The notes under the pieces are model-generated. The model searched no databases. It saw only the letters and a program-made list of their open reading frames with translations, and was not told the DNA's origin. A stretch of DNA of 64,000 nt from Myxococcota bacterium. GTDB lineage: Bacteria; Myxococcota_A; UBA9160; UBA4427. Both the position numbers and the translations under genes were made by a program. Of this stretch, positions 33,156 through 43,062 are shown piece by piece (within the stretch, counting starts at the first letter, position 1; the number at the start of each line of letters is the position of its first letter). Location: the NCBI GenBank assembly GCA_036336835.1, contig JAYZFK010000005.1, positions 1 to 64,000 on the forward strand, in the 5' to 3' direction.

Positions 33156-34715
33156 ATGTCGTGGAAACCCGAGCTGGACGAGATCGCACGCCGCGTCGAA
33201 CGAGCCAAGACAATGGGTGGCGAGGAGCGAGTTGCCCGGGCGCGCGCCGCGGGGCGCCTCGACGTCCGCGAGCGCATCGATCGGCTGCTCGACGCTGGAT
33301 CGTTCCACGAGACGGGCGCCCTCGCCAGCCGGGTCGTATACGGCGACGACGGCGAGATCGAGTCCTACACGCCCTCCAACTTCGTCTGCGGACGCGGCCG
33401 CCTCGGCGGACGCGAGATCGTGGTCGGTTGCGACGACTTCACGGTGCGCGGTGGCGCGGCCGACGGCGCAATCGGCAACAAGATGGGCTGGGGAGAGCAG
33501 GCCGCGCTCGACCTGCGGCGCCCGCTCGTGCGGCTGGTCGACGGCACCGGTGGCGGTGGCAGCGTCAAGTCCAACGAGTCGATTCGCCGCTCCTACGTGC
33601 CCTACAACCCCAACTTCGAGGACTCCGTCGCGCTGCTGTCGACGGTGCCGGTGGTGGGGGCCGCGCTCGGCCCAGTCGCGGGCCTTGGCGCGGCGCGCGT
33701 CGCTGCATCGCACTTCTCGGTCATGGTGAAGGACACGAGCCAGCTCTTCGTGGCTGGCCCCCCCGTCGTCCGCCGAGCCTTCGGACGCGACATCGAGAAG
33801 CAGGAGCTCGGCGGCTCGCACATCCACACCCACGGCTCGGGCGCCGTCGACAACGAGGCGGCGAGCGAAGACGACGCCTTCACACAGATCGCACGCTTCC
33901 TGTCGTACCTGCCGGATTCGATCTACGAACCGCCGCCCCGCCTCGCACCCGAAGACGACCCGCTCCGCCCCGAGGAAGCGCTGCTCTCGATCGTACCGCG
34001 CGATCGACGCAAGACCTACGACATGCGCGAGCTCGTCCGTCTGGTCGTCGACCGCGATTCGTTCTTCGAGATCGGCCGCTACTTCGGCCGCTCGGTCCTG
34101 ACCGGGCTGGCACGCCTCGACGGCATCTCGGTCGGTGTGCTCGCGAACGATCCACGCCAGCTCGCGGGCTCTCCGGACGCCGCTGCCTGCGACAAGATGG
34201 GGCGCTTCGTCGACCTGTGCGACACGTTCCACGTTCCGGTGGTGAACTTCGTCGACAATCCCGGCTTCCAGGTCGGCGTCGAAGCCGAACGACGCGGCAC
34301 GATCCGCCACGGCGTGCGGGCGCTGTTCGCGATCTACCAGGCCGAAGTGCCGTGGGTCTCGATCCTGGTGCGCCGTTGCTTCGGCGTCGCCGGCGCCGGA
34401 CACGGCAAGCATCACCGCCTGAACCTTCGTTATGCCTGGCCTTCGGCCGAGTGGGGATCGCTGCCGATCGAGGGCGGTGTCGAGGCCGCCTACAAGCGGG
34501 TGATCGCGGCCGCCGACGATCCCGACAAGATGCGCCAGGATCTCGAGGACAAGCTCTCGACGCTGCGCTCGCCAATTCTCACCGCCGAGGCGTTCGGTGT
34601 GGAGGAGATCATCGACCCGCGCGCGACGCGCCAGCTGCTGATCGACTGGGCGCGCCGCGCGTACGAAATCGAAGGGACACAGCTCGGTCCGCGATCGCGC
34701 GGCATGCGTCCCTGA
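33156..34715 (+). CDS. Acyl-CoA carboxylase carboxyltransferase subunit
   Basis: RERIDRLLD.GSF.E, DDFTVRGG, GPPVV, ELGG, VDNPGF, IIDPR.TR. Confidence 0.9.
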   Translation: MSWKPELDEIARRVERAKTMGGEERVARARAAGRLDVRERIDRLLDAGSFHETGALASRVVYGDDGEIESYTPSNFVCGRGRLGGREIVVGCDDFTVRGGAADGAIGNKMGWGEQAALDLRRPLVRLVDGTGGGGSVKSNESIRRSYVPYNPNFEDSVALLSTVPVVGAALGPVAGLGAARVAASHFSVMVKDTSQLFVAGPPVVRRAFGRDIEKQELGGSHIHTHGSGAVDNEAASEDDAFTQIARFLSYLPDSIYEPPPRLAPEDDPLRPEEALLSIVPRDRRKTYDMRELVRLVVDRDSFFEIGRYFGRSVLTGLARLDGISVGVLANDPRQLAGSPDAAACDKMGRFVDLCDTFHVPVVNFVDNPGFQVGVEAERRGTIRHGVRALFAIYQAEVPWVSILVRRCFGVAGAGHGKHHRLNLRYAWPSAEWGSLPIEGGVEAAYKRVIAAADDPDKMRQDLEDKLSTLRSPILTAEAFGVEEIIDPRATRQLLIDWARRAYEIEGTQLGPRSRGMRP

Positions 34716-34774
34716 CCGCGGCGCCTTCCCGCAACCGATCGGACACGTCGATCGCGAACCTCGACACACCGTGT

Positions 34775-35161
34775 TCAGCGGGCCGAAGCTGCCTCGCAGC
34801 GATCGACCACGACTCGGACCCCGACCGAGTTCGTGTAGCCGCCGAACGGGTGGGACAGACGCGCTGCGAGATAGCGGCGCAAGAAGCACTGTCGCACTGC
34901 CTCGACGTCCGCCTCGTCCGCGATCGCTCGCGCCCGCCCGCGCAGCCGGTAGCGACCGATGCGGAGCTCGACGTCCTCGGAGGCCCGCAGGTTCCGATAC
35001 CAGTGCGGGCCGTTGACGCCGCCAGTGAGCACGACCTCGTCGCCGTCGAGCGCGAACCAGATCGTGACCGGCCGCGGCATGCCAGTCTTGCGCCCGACGG
35101 TGACGAGCTTGCAGTTCCAGGCGCGGTCGAGCGCGCGGCGGGTCTCATCGTCGAGAGTCAT
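34775..35161 (-). CDS. Nitroreductase family deazaflavin (F420)-dependent oxidoreductase-like protein
   Basis: LVTVGRKTG.PR...IWF...WYRNLRA pattern; ATG overlaps the upstream stop. Confidence 0.8.
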   Translation of the reverse strand: MTLDDETRRALDRAWNCKLVTVGRKTGMPRPVTIWFALDGDEVVLTGGVNGPHWYRNLRASEDVELRIGRYRLRGRARAIADEADVEAVRQCFLRRYLAARLSHPFGGYTNSVGVRVVVDRCEAASAR

Positions 35162-35988
35162 TCGAGTCCTCCTGCCGCCGGCTCGATGCCGCGAGCGCGA
35201 AGTCGGTCGAGCAGGACCAGCGGCCAGTCGATGGTCGCTCCGTTCGCGCCGACTGCAAGCACGTGCTCCATCTCCGCGTCCGACTCGAGCCCCCACGCCC
35301 GAGTCTTGAGCCCGCGCGAGCGTGCGTGATCGACGAGTTCGCGCGAGAGCGCGCAGGCGCGTACGCCAACCATCGCAAAGCCGGCCAAGGCAGCGCGATC
35401 GACGCGCTCGCACTGGGACTCCACGTACTGCTCGCGCCGGCGCGCCGGCAGTGAAGACAGCCAGCCGCGCGGGTCGCGCAGCAGCAGACACGGGGACGCC
35501 GCCGCGTCGAGCTCGACGACCCTGACCAGGTCATCGAACGAAAACGACGTGACGACTGCTCGGCAGCCTGCACCGCGCTCGCGCAGCGCCGCCAGCACTC
35601 GTCCGGGCAGCTCGAGCTGCGTTCCCTTGAGCTCGACGTGATAGTCGAACGAGGCACCGAAACGGTCGAGCAGCTGCCCGAGCGTGGCGAGTGTGGTGCC
35701 GGCGTAGCGCTGCACTACCTCCGGGTGAGTGGCATCGAACCAGCGTCCGATGTCTGCCTCGAGCAGCTCCGTGGCATCGTGTCCGCCGACCGGTCCGGCG
35801 AGCGGCGTCTTGGCGTCCAGACGTTCGTCGTGAAACAGCACGAGCTCGCCGTCCCTACTCAGGCGAACGTCGAGCTCCACCTCTCGAAAACCGAGCTGCT
35901 GCGCATGTTCGAAGGCCGCGAGCGTGTTCTCGGGCGCATAGCCCGCTCCGCCGCGATGGGCGATTACATGGAAGCCCGCGTTTGCCAC
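35158..35988 (-). CDS. Glycerophosphodiester phosphodiesterase
   Basis: IAHRGG...PENTLAAF, ELDV, FHD, VELK. Confidence 0.88.
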   Translation of the reverse strand: MANAGFHVIAHRGGAGYAPENTLAAFEHAQQLGFREVELDVRLSRDGELVLFHDERLDAKTPLAGPVGGHDATELLEADIGRWFDATHPEVVQRYAGTTLATLGQLLDRFGASFDYHVELKGTQLELPGRVLAALRERGAGCRAVVTSFSFDDLVRVVELDAAASPCLLLRDPRGWLSSLPARRREQYVESQCERVDRAALAGFAMVGVRACALSRELVDHARSRGLKTRAWGLESDAEMEHVLAVGANGATIDWPLVLLDRLRARGIEPAAGGLE

Positions 35989-36096
35989 GCGATCGGGGTA
36001 CACCACCCCGCGGCCCGCGGCAATCACGCGTGTCCGGGCTAGGCTCCAGCCCCGAACCCGAACCCGGGCGTCGGCCCATTCGACCGGTACTGCGAC

Positions 36097-37443
36097 TTGC
36101 TGCAGACACTTCGCTCGCTGTTCGCGCCACCGCTGTCCGCCAGGACGGAGTACGGGACCGTAAAGGTCGCGTGGGTCGTGCGCCTGCGCTGGATCGCCCT
36201 GCTCGCCCAGCTCGGCACGATCTGGCCCGCGCTCTACTTCGGGCTGCTCGAACGCAAGGTACTCGCACCCTTTCTGGCCGGGATCGTTGTTCTCGGGACC
36301 CTCAACGTCGCGACCTGGCTGTGGTTACGGCGCGGCCGCGAGGCCAGCCAGACCCACGTCGTGTTGCAGCTGGCCGCGGATGCGATCACGCTCTCGGTCA
36401 TGCTAGGGCTCACTGGCGGTGCCTGGAACCCGCTGGCGCCCATCCTGTTCGTCCACGCCGTGCTTGGCTCTCTGCTGCTCGAGGGGCGGCTGAGTCTTTA
36501 CTTCTTCGGCGTGCTGATCGCTTGCCTGGCGGGCATTCAGACCTTCGCCTACATCCCACACGGCCTGCAGGGAAAGCTGGTGCCCTCCGAGATCCTGTTC
36601 CCGGCTCAGATGTTGTTCGCGGTCGTGTTCTGGATTCTCACGGGCTGGCTCTCGCGCACGCTCACCTCGCTGCAGAGCCACTTCTCGGTGATGCACGAGC
36701 GCCGGACCCGAATCGACCGCCTGCGGGCGGTCGGCGCGCTCGCAGCCGGCCTGTCGCACGAGTTCGCCACCCCGCTCAACACGGCCCAGCTCAAGCTGCG
36801 CCGGCTCGCTCGCATGCACGGACTCGCTGGCGATGACGATCTGGAGACGGCCACCGAAGCACTCGATCGCTGCGGCGAAGTGTTGCGCCACATGGCGGGA
36901 TCGCAGCTTCATCCCGACGGGCTCTCGCTCGAGGTCGTCGACGTCGACTTGCTCGTCGAGCGCGTGTGCACGAGCGTGTCCCAGGCGAACGAGGACGCGA
37001 CGATCAACTATCTGGCGACTGGACGCTCGCCGCGGCGCTCTCTGGTGCCCGCGGTAGCATTCTCCCAGGCCGTACTCAACCTGATCGACAACGCCCTGAA
37101 GTCCGCTGGCTCCGGCGCCCCGGTCGAAGTGATCGTGAGCCGGCACGCGGGCGTCGTCGACGTCTCGGTGCTCGACCGGGGCGATGGCTGGCCCGAGGTC
37201 GTGCGCAGACACTTCGGTGAGCCGTTCGTGACCACCCGCCCGGACGGCGTCGGCCTCGGCCTGTACTACGTCTACACGCTCGCCGAGGCGCTCGGTGCCG
37301 CACTGGTGCTCGAGGATCGCAGCATCGGCGGCGCGATTGCCCGCATCTCGCTGCCCGCAGTCTCGGTGGCGACGGCCCCCGATTCGACCTCCGACGGCGA
37401 GGAGCTACCGATCGCCGGCGCGAGCGCTGAGGCAACCCCGTGA
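36097..37443 (+). CDS. regB: RegB/PrrB/ActS-type redox sensor histidine kinase
   Basis: LRWIA, LTGGAWNP, H-box HEFATPL, DRC, NLIDNA, DRGDG, PFVTT, GLGL. Confidence 0.85.
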   Translation: MLQTLRSLFAPPLSARTEYGTVKVAWVVRLRWIALLAQLGTIWPALYFGLLERKVLAPFLAGIVVLGTLNVATWLWLRRGREASQTHVVLQLAADAITLSVMLGLTGGAWNPLAPILFVHAVLGSLLLEGRLSLYFFGVLIACLAGIQTFAYIPHGLQGKLVPSEILFPAQMLFAVVFWILTGWLSRTLTSLQSHFSVMHERRTRIDRLRAVGALAAGLSHEFATPLNTAQLKLRRLARMHGLAGDDDLETATEALDRCGEVLRHMAGSQLHPDGLSLEVVDVDLLVERVCTSVSQANEDATINYLATGRSPRRSLVPAVAFSQAVLNLIDNALKSAGSGAPVEVIVSRHAGVVDVSVLDRGDGWPEVVRRHFGEPFVTTRPDGVGLGLYYVYTLAEALGAALVLEDRSIGGAIARISLPAVSVATAPDSTSDGEELPIAGASAEATP

Positions 37444-37973
37444 GCGAAGAGTCGCCGCGGCTGTTGATCGTCGAGGACGACGACCGGTTTGCGGAGACGT
37501 TGTCGGCCGAGTTCCGGGACCGCGGCTACGCAGTCACACGCGCCGCGAATCTCGACGAGCTGCGCAGTCTCGACGCAACCGGCGTTGGCTATGCGGTGGT
37601 CGATCTGCGGCTGCGCAGCGACTCGGGACTCGACGCGATCTCCGAGATCAAGCAGCATTCGCCGCACGCGCGGATCGTCGTACTGACTGGCTACGGCAGC
37701 ATCGCAACCGCCGTTCAAGCAACCAAGCTCGGCGCCATCCAATATCTGACCAAACCGATCGACATCGACGAGCTCGAGCGCGCTCTGCTGTCCGACGACT
37801 ACGAGGAGAGGCAGATCCCGGACCACTTCCAGAGCCTCGATCGCCACGAGCGTGAGTACATCGAGTGGGTGCTCTCGCAGTGTGACGGCAACATCAGCCA
37901 GACGGCGCGGCGCCTCGGCCTGCACCGCCAGAGCCTTCAGCGCAAGCTGCGCAAGTTCACGCCCCCGGACTAG
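37440..37973 (+). CDS. regA: RegA/PrrA/ActR-type response regulator
   Basis: Receiver domain (EDD, VVDLRL, LTGYGSIATAV, KP) plus NISQTARRLGLHRQSLQRKL HTH. Confidence 0.9.
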   Translation: MSEESPRLLIVEDDDRFAETLSAEFRDRGYAVTRAANLDELRSLDATGVGYAVVDLRLRSDSGLDAISEIKQHSPHARIVVLTGYGSIATAVQATKLGAIQYLTKPIDIDELERALLSDDYEERQIPDHFQSLDRHEREYIEWVLSQCDGNISQTARRLGLHRQSLQRKLRKFTPPD

Positions 37974-37997
37974 GAGCCCGAGCCCGAAGCGAGACGG

Positions 37998-39140
37998 TCA
38001 GGAAACCGCCTTCGCCTCGCGCAGCGCCGCGATCTCAGCGGCGCCGAAGCCCCAATCGGCAAGGACCTCGTCGGTATTCTCGCCGACCCCGCGTGCCACA
38101 CTGCGCAGCTCGCCGGGTGTGCGGCTGAAGCGCGGTCCCGGCGCGGGAGGCTTCGCGCCCTCGAATGAGGCGAAGGTCCCGCGAGCGACGTTGTGAGGAT
38201 GTTCGGGCGCCTCGAGCATCGAGAGCACCGGCGCGGCGCAGACTTCGTGGCCCTCGAACACTTCGCACCACTCGTCGCGCGTCCGGGTCAGGAAGATCGC
38301 GGCGAACCGCTCCCGCATCGCGGGCCACTGGCTCTGGTCCATCTGACCTGGCAGACCCTCGCCCTCGAGCCCGAGGCAACGCAACAGTTCGGCGTAGAAC
38401 TGCGGCTCGATCGAGCCGATCGACATCCACTTGCCATCCTTCGTCTCGTAACACTGGTAGAAGTGGGCGCCGCCGTCGAGCAGATTGGTGCCACGGTCCT
38501 GGCTCCAGAAGCCCGTCTGCGCAGCACCGTAGATCGCGGCGCCGAGCGCCGCGGCGCCGTCGATCATCGCGGCGTCTACCACCTGTCCCTCTCCGGAGTC
38601 GCGCCGTTCGAGCAGGGCGGCGAGCATTCCGAAAGCGAGCCAGAGTCCGCCGCCACCGAAATCGCCAACCACGTTGAGCGGCGGGATCGGCGGCCCGCCC
38701 GCCGACCCGATGCCGTGCAGGAGTCCGGTCAGCGCGATGTAATTGAGATCGTGACCGACCGCATTCGCCCACGGACCCTGCTGCCCCCAGCCCGTCATAC
38801 GGCCGTAGACGAGGCGCGGATTGCGCGCGCAACACACGTCCGGGCCGATGCCGAGTCGCTCGGCCACACCCGGGCGAAAGCCCTCGATGAAGCCGTCCGC
38901 GGCATCGACGAATCTCAGCACCGTCTCGATGCCCTGCGGGTGCTTCAAGTCGACTGCGACGCTCTTGCGATTGCGGCCGAGAAAGTCGAACGGACCGCCG
39001 TTGCCGCGCAGCATCCCGCCGCCGGCTCGATCGACGCGCACGACCTCCGCACCAAGGTCGGCGAGCAGCATCGCCGCAAAAGGCGCGGGCCCGATGCCGA
39101 CGATCTCGATCACCCTGAGTCCGGAAAGCGGGCCTGCCAT
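37998..39140 (-). CDS. CaiB/BaiF CoA-transferase III family, alpha-methylacyl-CoA racemase-like
   Basis: GPLSGLRV, GIGPAPF, EGFRPGVAERLG, GHDLNY, GDFGGG, NLLDGGA.FY. Confidence 0.9.
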   Translation of the reverse strand: MAGPLSGLRVIEIVGIGPAPFAAMLLADLGAEVVRVDRAGGGMLRGNGGPFDFLGRNRKSVAVDLKHPQGIETVLRFVDAADGFIEGFRPGVAERLGIGPDVCCARNPRLVYGRMTGWGQQGPWANAVGHDLNYIALTGLLHGIGSAGGPPIPPLNVVGDFGGGGLWLAFGMLAALLERRDSGEGQVVDAAMIDGAAALGAAIYGAAQTGFWSQDRGTNLLDGGAHFYQCYETKDGKWMSIGSIEPQFYAELLRCLGLEGEGLPGQMDQSQWPAMRERFAAIFLTRTRDEWCEVFEGHEVCAAPVLSMLEAPEHPHNVARGTFASFEGAKPPAPGPRFSRTPGELRSVARGVGENTDEVLADWGFGAAEIAALREAKAVS

Positions 39141-39245
39141 ATCACCTCTCCCAGGTAGCCAGACTGCAGGATACACGGCGGCTGGCCCGCGGGCAGAAGC
39201 AGAGCTGGCCATGCTGCTACCGTGAAAACAAGCACTGGAGGACGC

Positions 39246-39668
39246 ATGACCGAGCGACACGAAGTCGAACAAGCCTGGCGCCACTTCGTCGCAGTCGGCG
39301 AGAGCGGCGACTGGAATGCCTGGGCCGATCTGCACAGCGAGAATGGGCGGTGGGTCGAGCACCACCTTGGCACCTTCGAGGGCCGAGAGGCAATCCGCAA
39401 GGCAATCGTCGACGTGATGAAGCCTGTGCCCATGATGGAGTTTCCAGTAGCGTGGCATAACATCGATGGAAATCGTGTCGTCTATTATCCGTGGCAAGTA
39501 CTGCCGGATCCGCAGGGCGGCGACACTGTGTACCGGTTTGGCTGCGTCACCATTCTCGAGTACGCCGGCGACGGGCTCTGGTCCTACCAGGAGGATCTCT
39601 ACAACCCGCGCGAGGGCGAGCAGGTGATCAAGGCCTGGCTCGCCGCCGGCGGCAAGCTGGCGAGCTGA
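39246..39668 (+). CDS. NTF2/SnoaL-like family protein
   Basis: GGAGGA RBS; GDW..WAD...G.F.GREAI, YAGDGLWSYQED.YN. Confidence 0.8.
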   Translation: MTERHEVEQAWRHFVAVGESGDWNAWADLHSENGRWVEHHLGTFEGREAIRKAIVDVMKPVPMMEFPVAWHNIDGNRVVYYPWQVLPDPQGGDTVYRFGCVTILEYAGDGLWSYQEDLYNPREGEQVIKAWLAAGGKLAS

Positions 39669-39679
39669 TCGACCCACTC

Positions 39680-40504
39680 ATGCCCAGCGCCTCGAGGCAA
39701 TGGACGGCCGCGCTGCTTGCGGTGCTGCTTCCCCTGGGCGCCGCGAGAGCCGATCCGGGCGACGATCTGCTCTTGTTCCCCGAGTACCGGCTCGAATACG
39801 AGCCGAGCGATGGCGTGTTCACCCGCACCTGGCGCCGCAGCGCGAACGAGTCGCTCTCGTTGCTGAACGAGACGGTGAGCGACATCTGGAACATCACCCG
39901 GTCACCGCTCGACTGGCGCTGGCGCGAGTGGCTCACGGTGGCGGGTGTCGCGGGGACCGCTACCGCACTCATCTATCTCGGCGACGAGGACATCCGACAG
40001 CACGCGATCGACAGTTCGAATTTTCACAAGTTCGGCAACAAGGTCGACTTCCTGAGCGACGGCACGGCCTTCGTCGCGCTCACCGGCGGCTTCTTGCTCT
40101 CCGGAGCCCTGCTCCGCGACAAGGAGATCGAGACCGCAAAGCTACTGATCGAATCGGCCTCCATCGGCTACCTCTACACGGCCGGCCTCAAGCATCTCGT
40201 CGGGCGCCGGCGCCCGGGGCCGAGCGGCGCGCGGGATTTCGACCCCTTCTCGGGACAGCTCTCGATGCCCTCGGGCGAGGCGACACACGCCTTCGCGATG
40301 GCGTCGGTGATCGCCGAGCAGTACCCGAACTGGCCGGTGCGCATCGCGAGCTACGGCCTGGCTGCGAGCGTCGCGGCAGCGCGCATCGCGCGCGATGCGC
40401 ACTGGACGAGCGACGTGTTCGTGGCGGCGGCGATCGGGACGTTCGTCGGAAGGTCCGGCGCCTGGCTGCACCGCGAGCGCAATCGTCGGGCCGTGGAGGG
40501 CTAA
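39680..40504 (+). CDS. PAP2 phosphatase family protein
   Basis: K-x6-RP (KHLVGRRRP), PSGE, R-x5-H-x3-D (ARIARDAHWTSD). Confidence 0.8.
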   Translation: MPSASRQWTAALLAVLLPLGAARADPGDDLLLFPEYRLEYEPSDGVFTRTWRRSANESLSLLNETVSDIWNITRSPLDWRWREWLTVAGVAGTATALIYLGDEDIRQHAIDSSNFHKFGNKVDFLSDGTAFVALTGGFLLSGALLRDKEIETAKLLIESASIGYLYTAGLKHLVGRRRPGPSGARDFDPFSGQLSMPSGEATHAFAMASVIAEQYPNWPVRIASYGLAASVAAARIARDAHWTSDVFVAAAIGTFVGRSGAWLHRERNRRAVEG

Positions 40505-40604
40505 CGTCTCGGCCTCGGCCCGAAACCGCTGCAAATCCGCCACTCCTTCCATCTCAGCACGCGCAGCATCGGCTGGACCGTCCGCTACTGATAGCATCGG
40601 GCCG

Positions 40605-41390
40605 ATGAGACTCGACGGCGGACGCGACATCGACTGGGGGCGCACCTCCCGCGACTACTCGGTCCATCGTCCGGGCCCGCCCCCGAGCTACTTCGACCGG
40701 CTCCAAGCTCTCGGCATCGGCACACCGGGCCAGCGACTGCTCGACCTCGCGACCGGGACGGGGACGGTGGCGCGCGGTTTCGCCAGCCGCGGTTGCCGCG
40801 TGGCGGGCATCGACATCGCGCGGGAGCAGGTCGAGATGGCACGCGCCAGCGCGAGCGAAGCAGGCCTCGACGTCGCTTGGCACGCCGGTCCGGTCGAGAT
40901 GCTCCCGTTCGAGCCAGCGAGCTTCGAGGCGGCAACGGCGAATCAGTGCTGGCTCTACTTCGACACCGCAAACCTGATCCCGGCCCTCGAGCGCGTGCTC
41001 ACACCCGGCGGCCTCGTCGCAATCACCCACTTCTCCTACATGCCGCGGCGAAGCGCACTCGCCCGCGCCTCCGAAGAACTCGTGCTGCGAGCCAACCCCG
41101 ACTGGGAAGGCGCCGACTGGAACGAGCGGGTACCGCTGTCCGAGGATTGGGCGGGCGCAGGCCTTCGACGACGCGCGCTGCTGGTGTACGACGAGCCTAT
41201 CGCGTTCACGCGCGAATCCTGGCGCGGGCGGATGCGCGCGCTGCGCGGCATCGGCCCGTCGCTCTCGCCCGACGCGGTCGAAGCCTTCGACCGCGAGCAC
41301 GCCGCGCTGCTCGACGAGATCGCTCCGCCGGAGTTCGAGATCCCGCACCGCATCGATCTGCACGTCTTCGGGTTCGACGCAGCCACCTAG
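40605..41390 (+). CDS. Class I SAM-dependent methyltransferase
   Basis: DWGRTS.DY, LLDLATGTG, GID, QCW.YFD. Confidence 0.85.
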   Translation: MRLDGGRDIDWGRTSRDYSVHRPGPPPSYFDRLQALGIGTPGQRLLDLATGTGTVARGFASRGCRVAGIDIAREQVEMARASASEAGLDVAWHAGPVEMLPFEPASFEAATANQCWLYFDTANLIPALERVLTPGGLVAITHFSYMPRRSALARASEELVLRANPDWEGADWNERVPLSEDWAGAGLRRRALLVYDEPIAFTRESWRGRMRALRGIGPSLSPDAVEAFDREHAALLDEIAPPEFEIPHRIDLHVFGFDAAT

Positions 41391-41492
41391 CCCAGGCGAG
41401 CTCGTCGAGACTGCCGAGATCTATCCTGGCGGGGATCGAGAACGGCAAGTCGCTGCTCTCTGGCATTTCGAGGGCGACCGCTCGCAGGTCGA

Positions 41493-42545
41493 TCACGTCC
41501 CGATCTCTATCCCCTTGCGCCGACACAGCTCGAGCAGGAGATCGGGCCGATCGGTGATGATTCCGTCGACGCCGAGCTCGATCAGACGCTCCATGGCGGA
41601 CGGGTCGTTGACCGTCCAGGGAATGACGCGCATTCCCTTGGAGCGAAACGCCGCGATACCGTCCGCCAACCCATCGGCCCGATCGAGTAGCTCGCGCCAG
41701 TTCGGCGAGAAGTCGTCGATTTTCGCGTCGAGCCGTCCGAGCAGCTCGCCGACCGACTCTCCGGGCTGGCGCTCCAGGCCCGCGTGCCACTCGCTGCCCA
41801 GCGTGTTCCTCGCGAGCAGCGCGGCCATCCGGAGACGCGAGTCGATACGGTCGGCGATCACCAGAGCGCGCCAGTCGAAAGCCTGGATCGTGGTGCGCTC
41901 GACCATGTCGTACTTGCGGACGACGTCGATCACCGTCGCGACGAACTCCTCGAGCTCGATCGTGTCGTCGGAGCCGGGGACGGACTTGATTTCGATGTTG
42001 AAGCGAACAGTCTGGTCGCTCCGCTGCCGAACCAGGTCGAAGACCTCAGCGAGCGTGGGAATCCGCGCGCCCGGCTGATTCTCGCGAGGCGGCTCGGGAA
42101 AGCGCTCGCGGTCGGGGTTGAGCGAGCCGCAATCGAACTGCCTGACCTCCTCGAGCCGCAGGTCGCGCAGCAGCGGACCACTCTCCTCCTCGATCAGCTC
42201 GCCATCTGGCCAGACACAGAGACCCGGGTGGATGAACGGATCGTGTGCGACCACGACCGCGCCGTCGGCGGTGACACCGAGGTCGAGCTCGAGCGTCGTC
42301 ACGCCGAGCCGGAGCGCCTCCTCGAACGCGAGGAGCGTGTTCTCCGGCCGCAGGGCGCGAGCCCCGCGATGCCCCTGCACGTCGAGCGTCGTGGGACCCG
42401 CCGGCGGCTCCGGCTGGTGGTCGGGCTGCACCGCCGCCGGCTCGCCGGGCGCCGAGTGCTCTGGCAACGCAAGCCAGCGGGTCGCGAGCACGAGAGCCAG
42501 CACGAAGGCGACGAGCAGCAGGAGTCGGCGCGCGGTCGAATCCAC
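41493..42545 (-). CDS. Exported glycerophosphodiester phosphodiesterase
   Basis: N-terminal hydrophobic anchor; QGHRGAR..PENT, ELD, NIEIK, PWTVN, GVDGIITDRP. Confidence 0.9.
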   Translation of the reverse strand: MDSTARRLLLLVAFVLALVLATRWLALPEHSAPGEPAAVQPDHQPEPPAGPTTLDVQGHRGARALRPENTLLAFEEALRLGVTTLELDLGVTADGAVVVAHDPFIHPGLCVWPDGELIEEESGPLLRDLRLEEVRQFDCGSLNPDRERFPEPPRENQPGARIPTLAEVFDLVRQRSDQTVRFNIEIKSVPGSDDTIELEEFVATVIDVVRKYDMVERTTIQAFDWRALVIADRIDSRLRMAALLARNTLGSEWHAGLERQPGESVGELLGRLDAKIDDFSPNWRELLDRADGLADGIAAFRSKGMRVIPWTVNDPSAMERLIELGVDGIITDRPDLLLELCRRKGIEIGT

Positions 42546-42587
42546 TCAGCAAGGATACAGCCTGGCGCCCGAAGCCTCGACGCCGCG

Positions 42588-42968
42588 CTACTCGACGACG
42601 GACCCTTCGACGAAGAGGGCCGCGCGCGTTGACCCGACCACCACACCGATCCGGTACCGGAAGGGGCCGGCCACCTTGGTCTCGACCTTCACCGCGATCT
42701 CCTGAGTCTCGCCGGGAGCGATCTCGACGTCCTTGTGGGTGACCGTGACACTACGACTGCTCGGCTTGAGGAAGTAGGTTACCGGCTCGTTGGTGGGATT
42801 GATGACCGCGAAGCGCACCTCGACGTCGACGCCGAGCTCGAGCCGGTCGCCCAGCCAACGTTTCGTCTCGGGGAAGGTGAGCGGGAAGTCCAGCTCGGTC
42901 CGGTCCTTCAAGGCCCCCGCTGTGACGGCGAGGGTCAAGCCGAGCGCGAGCACGACAGAATGTGTCAC
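42588..42968 (-). CDS. Small secreted Ig-like protein
   Basis: Signal-like N-terminus; F.VINPTNEP...IAPGET.EI.V pattern; start uncertain. Confidence 0.55.
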   Translation of the reverse strand: MTHSVVLALGLTLAVTAGALKDRTELDFPLTFPETKRWLGDRLELGVDVEVRFAVINPTNEPVTYFLKPSSRSVTVTHKDVEIAPGETQEIAVKVETKVAGPFRYRIGVVVGSTRAALFVEGSVVE

Positions 42969-43062
42969 CCATCTTCGAACCGGCACAGGGTCTCTCCCAG
43001 TCCTCACGTACGCGGAGCGTATCACCGCGTCGGGGCGATGCAGGCTTGGCTTCACGCGCCGT

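Noticed and set aside
36051..36066. cccgaa short tandem repeat upstream of regB
   Set aside because: Under three copies; too short to support phase variation or an operator
37998..39677. 559-aa ORF as a long CoA-transferase
   Set aside because: The first ~180 aa are the antisense of the NTF2 gene; the family N-terminus MAGPLSGLRV starts at 39140
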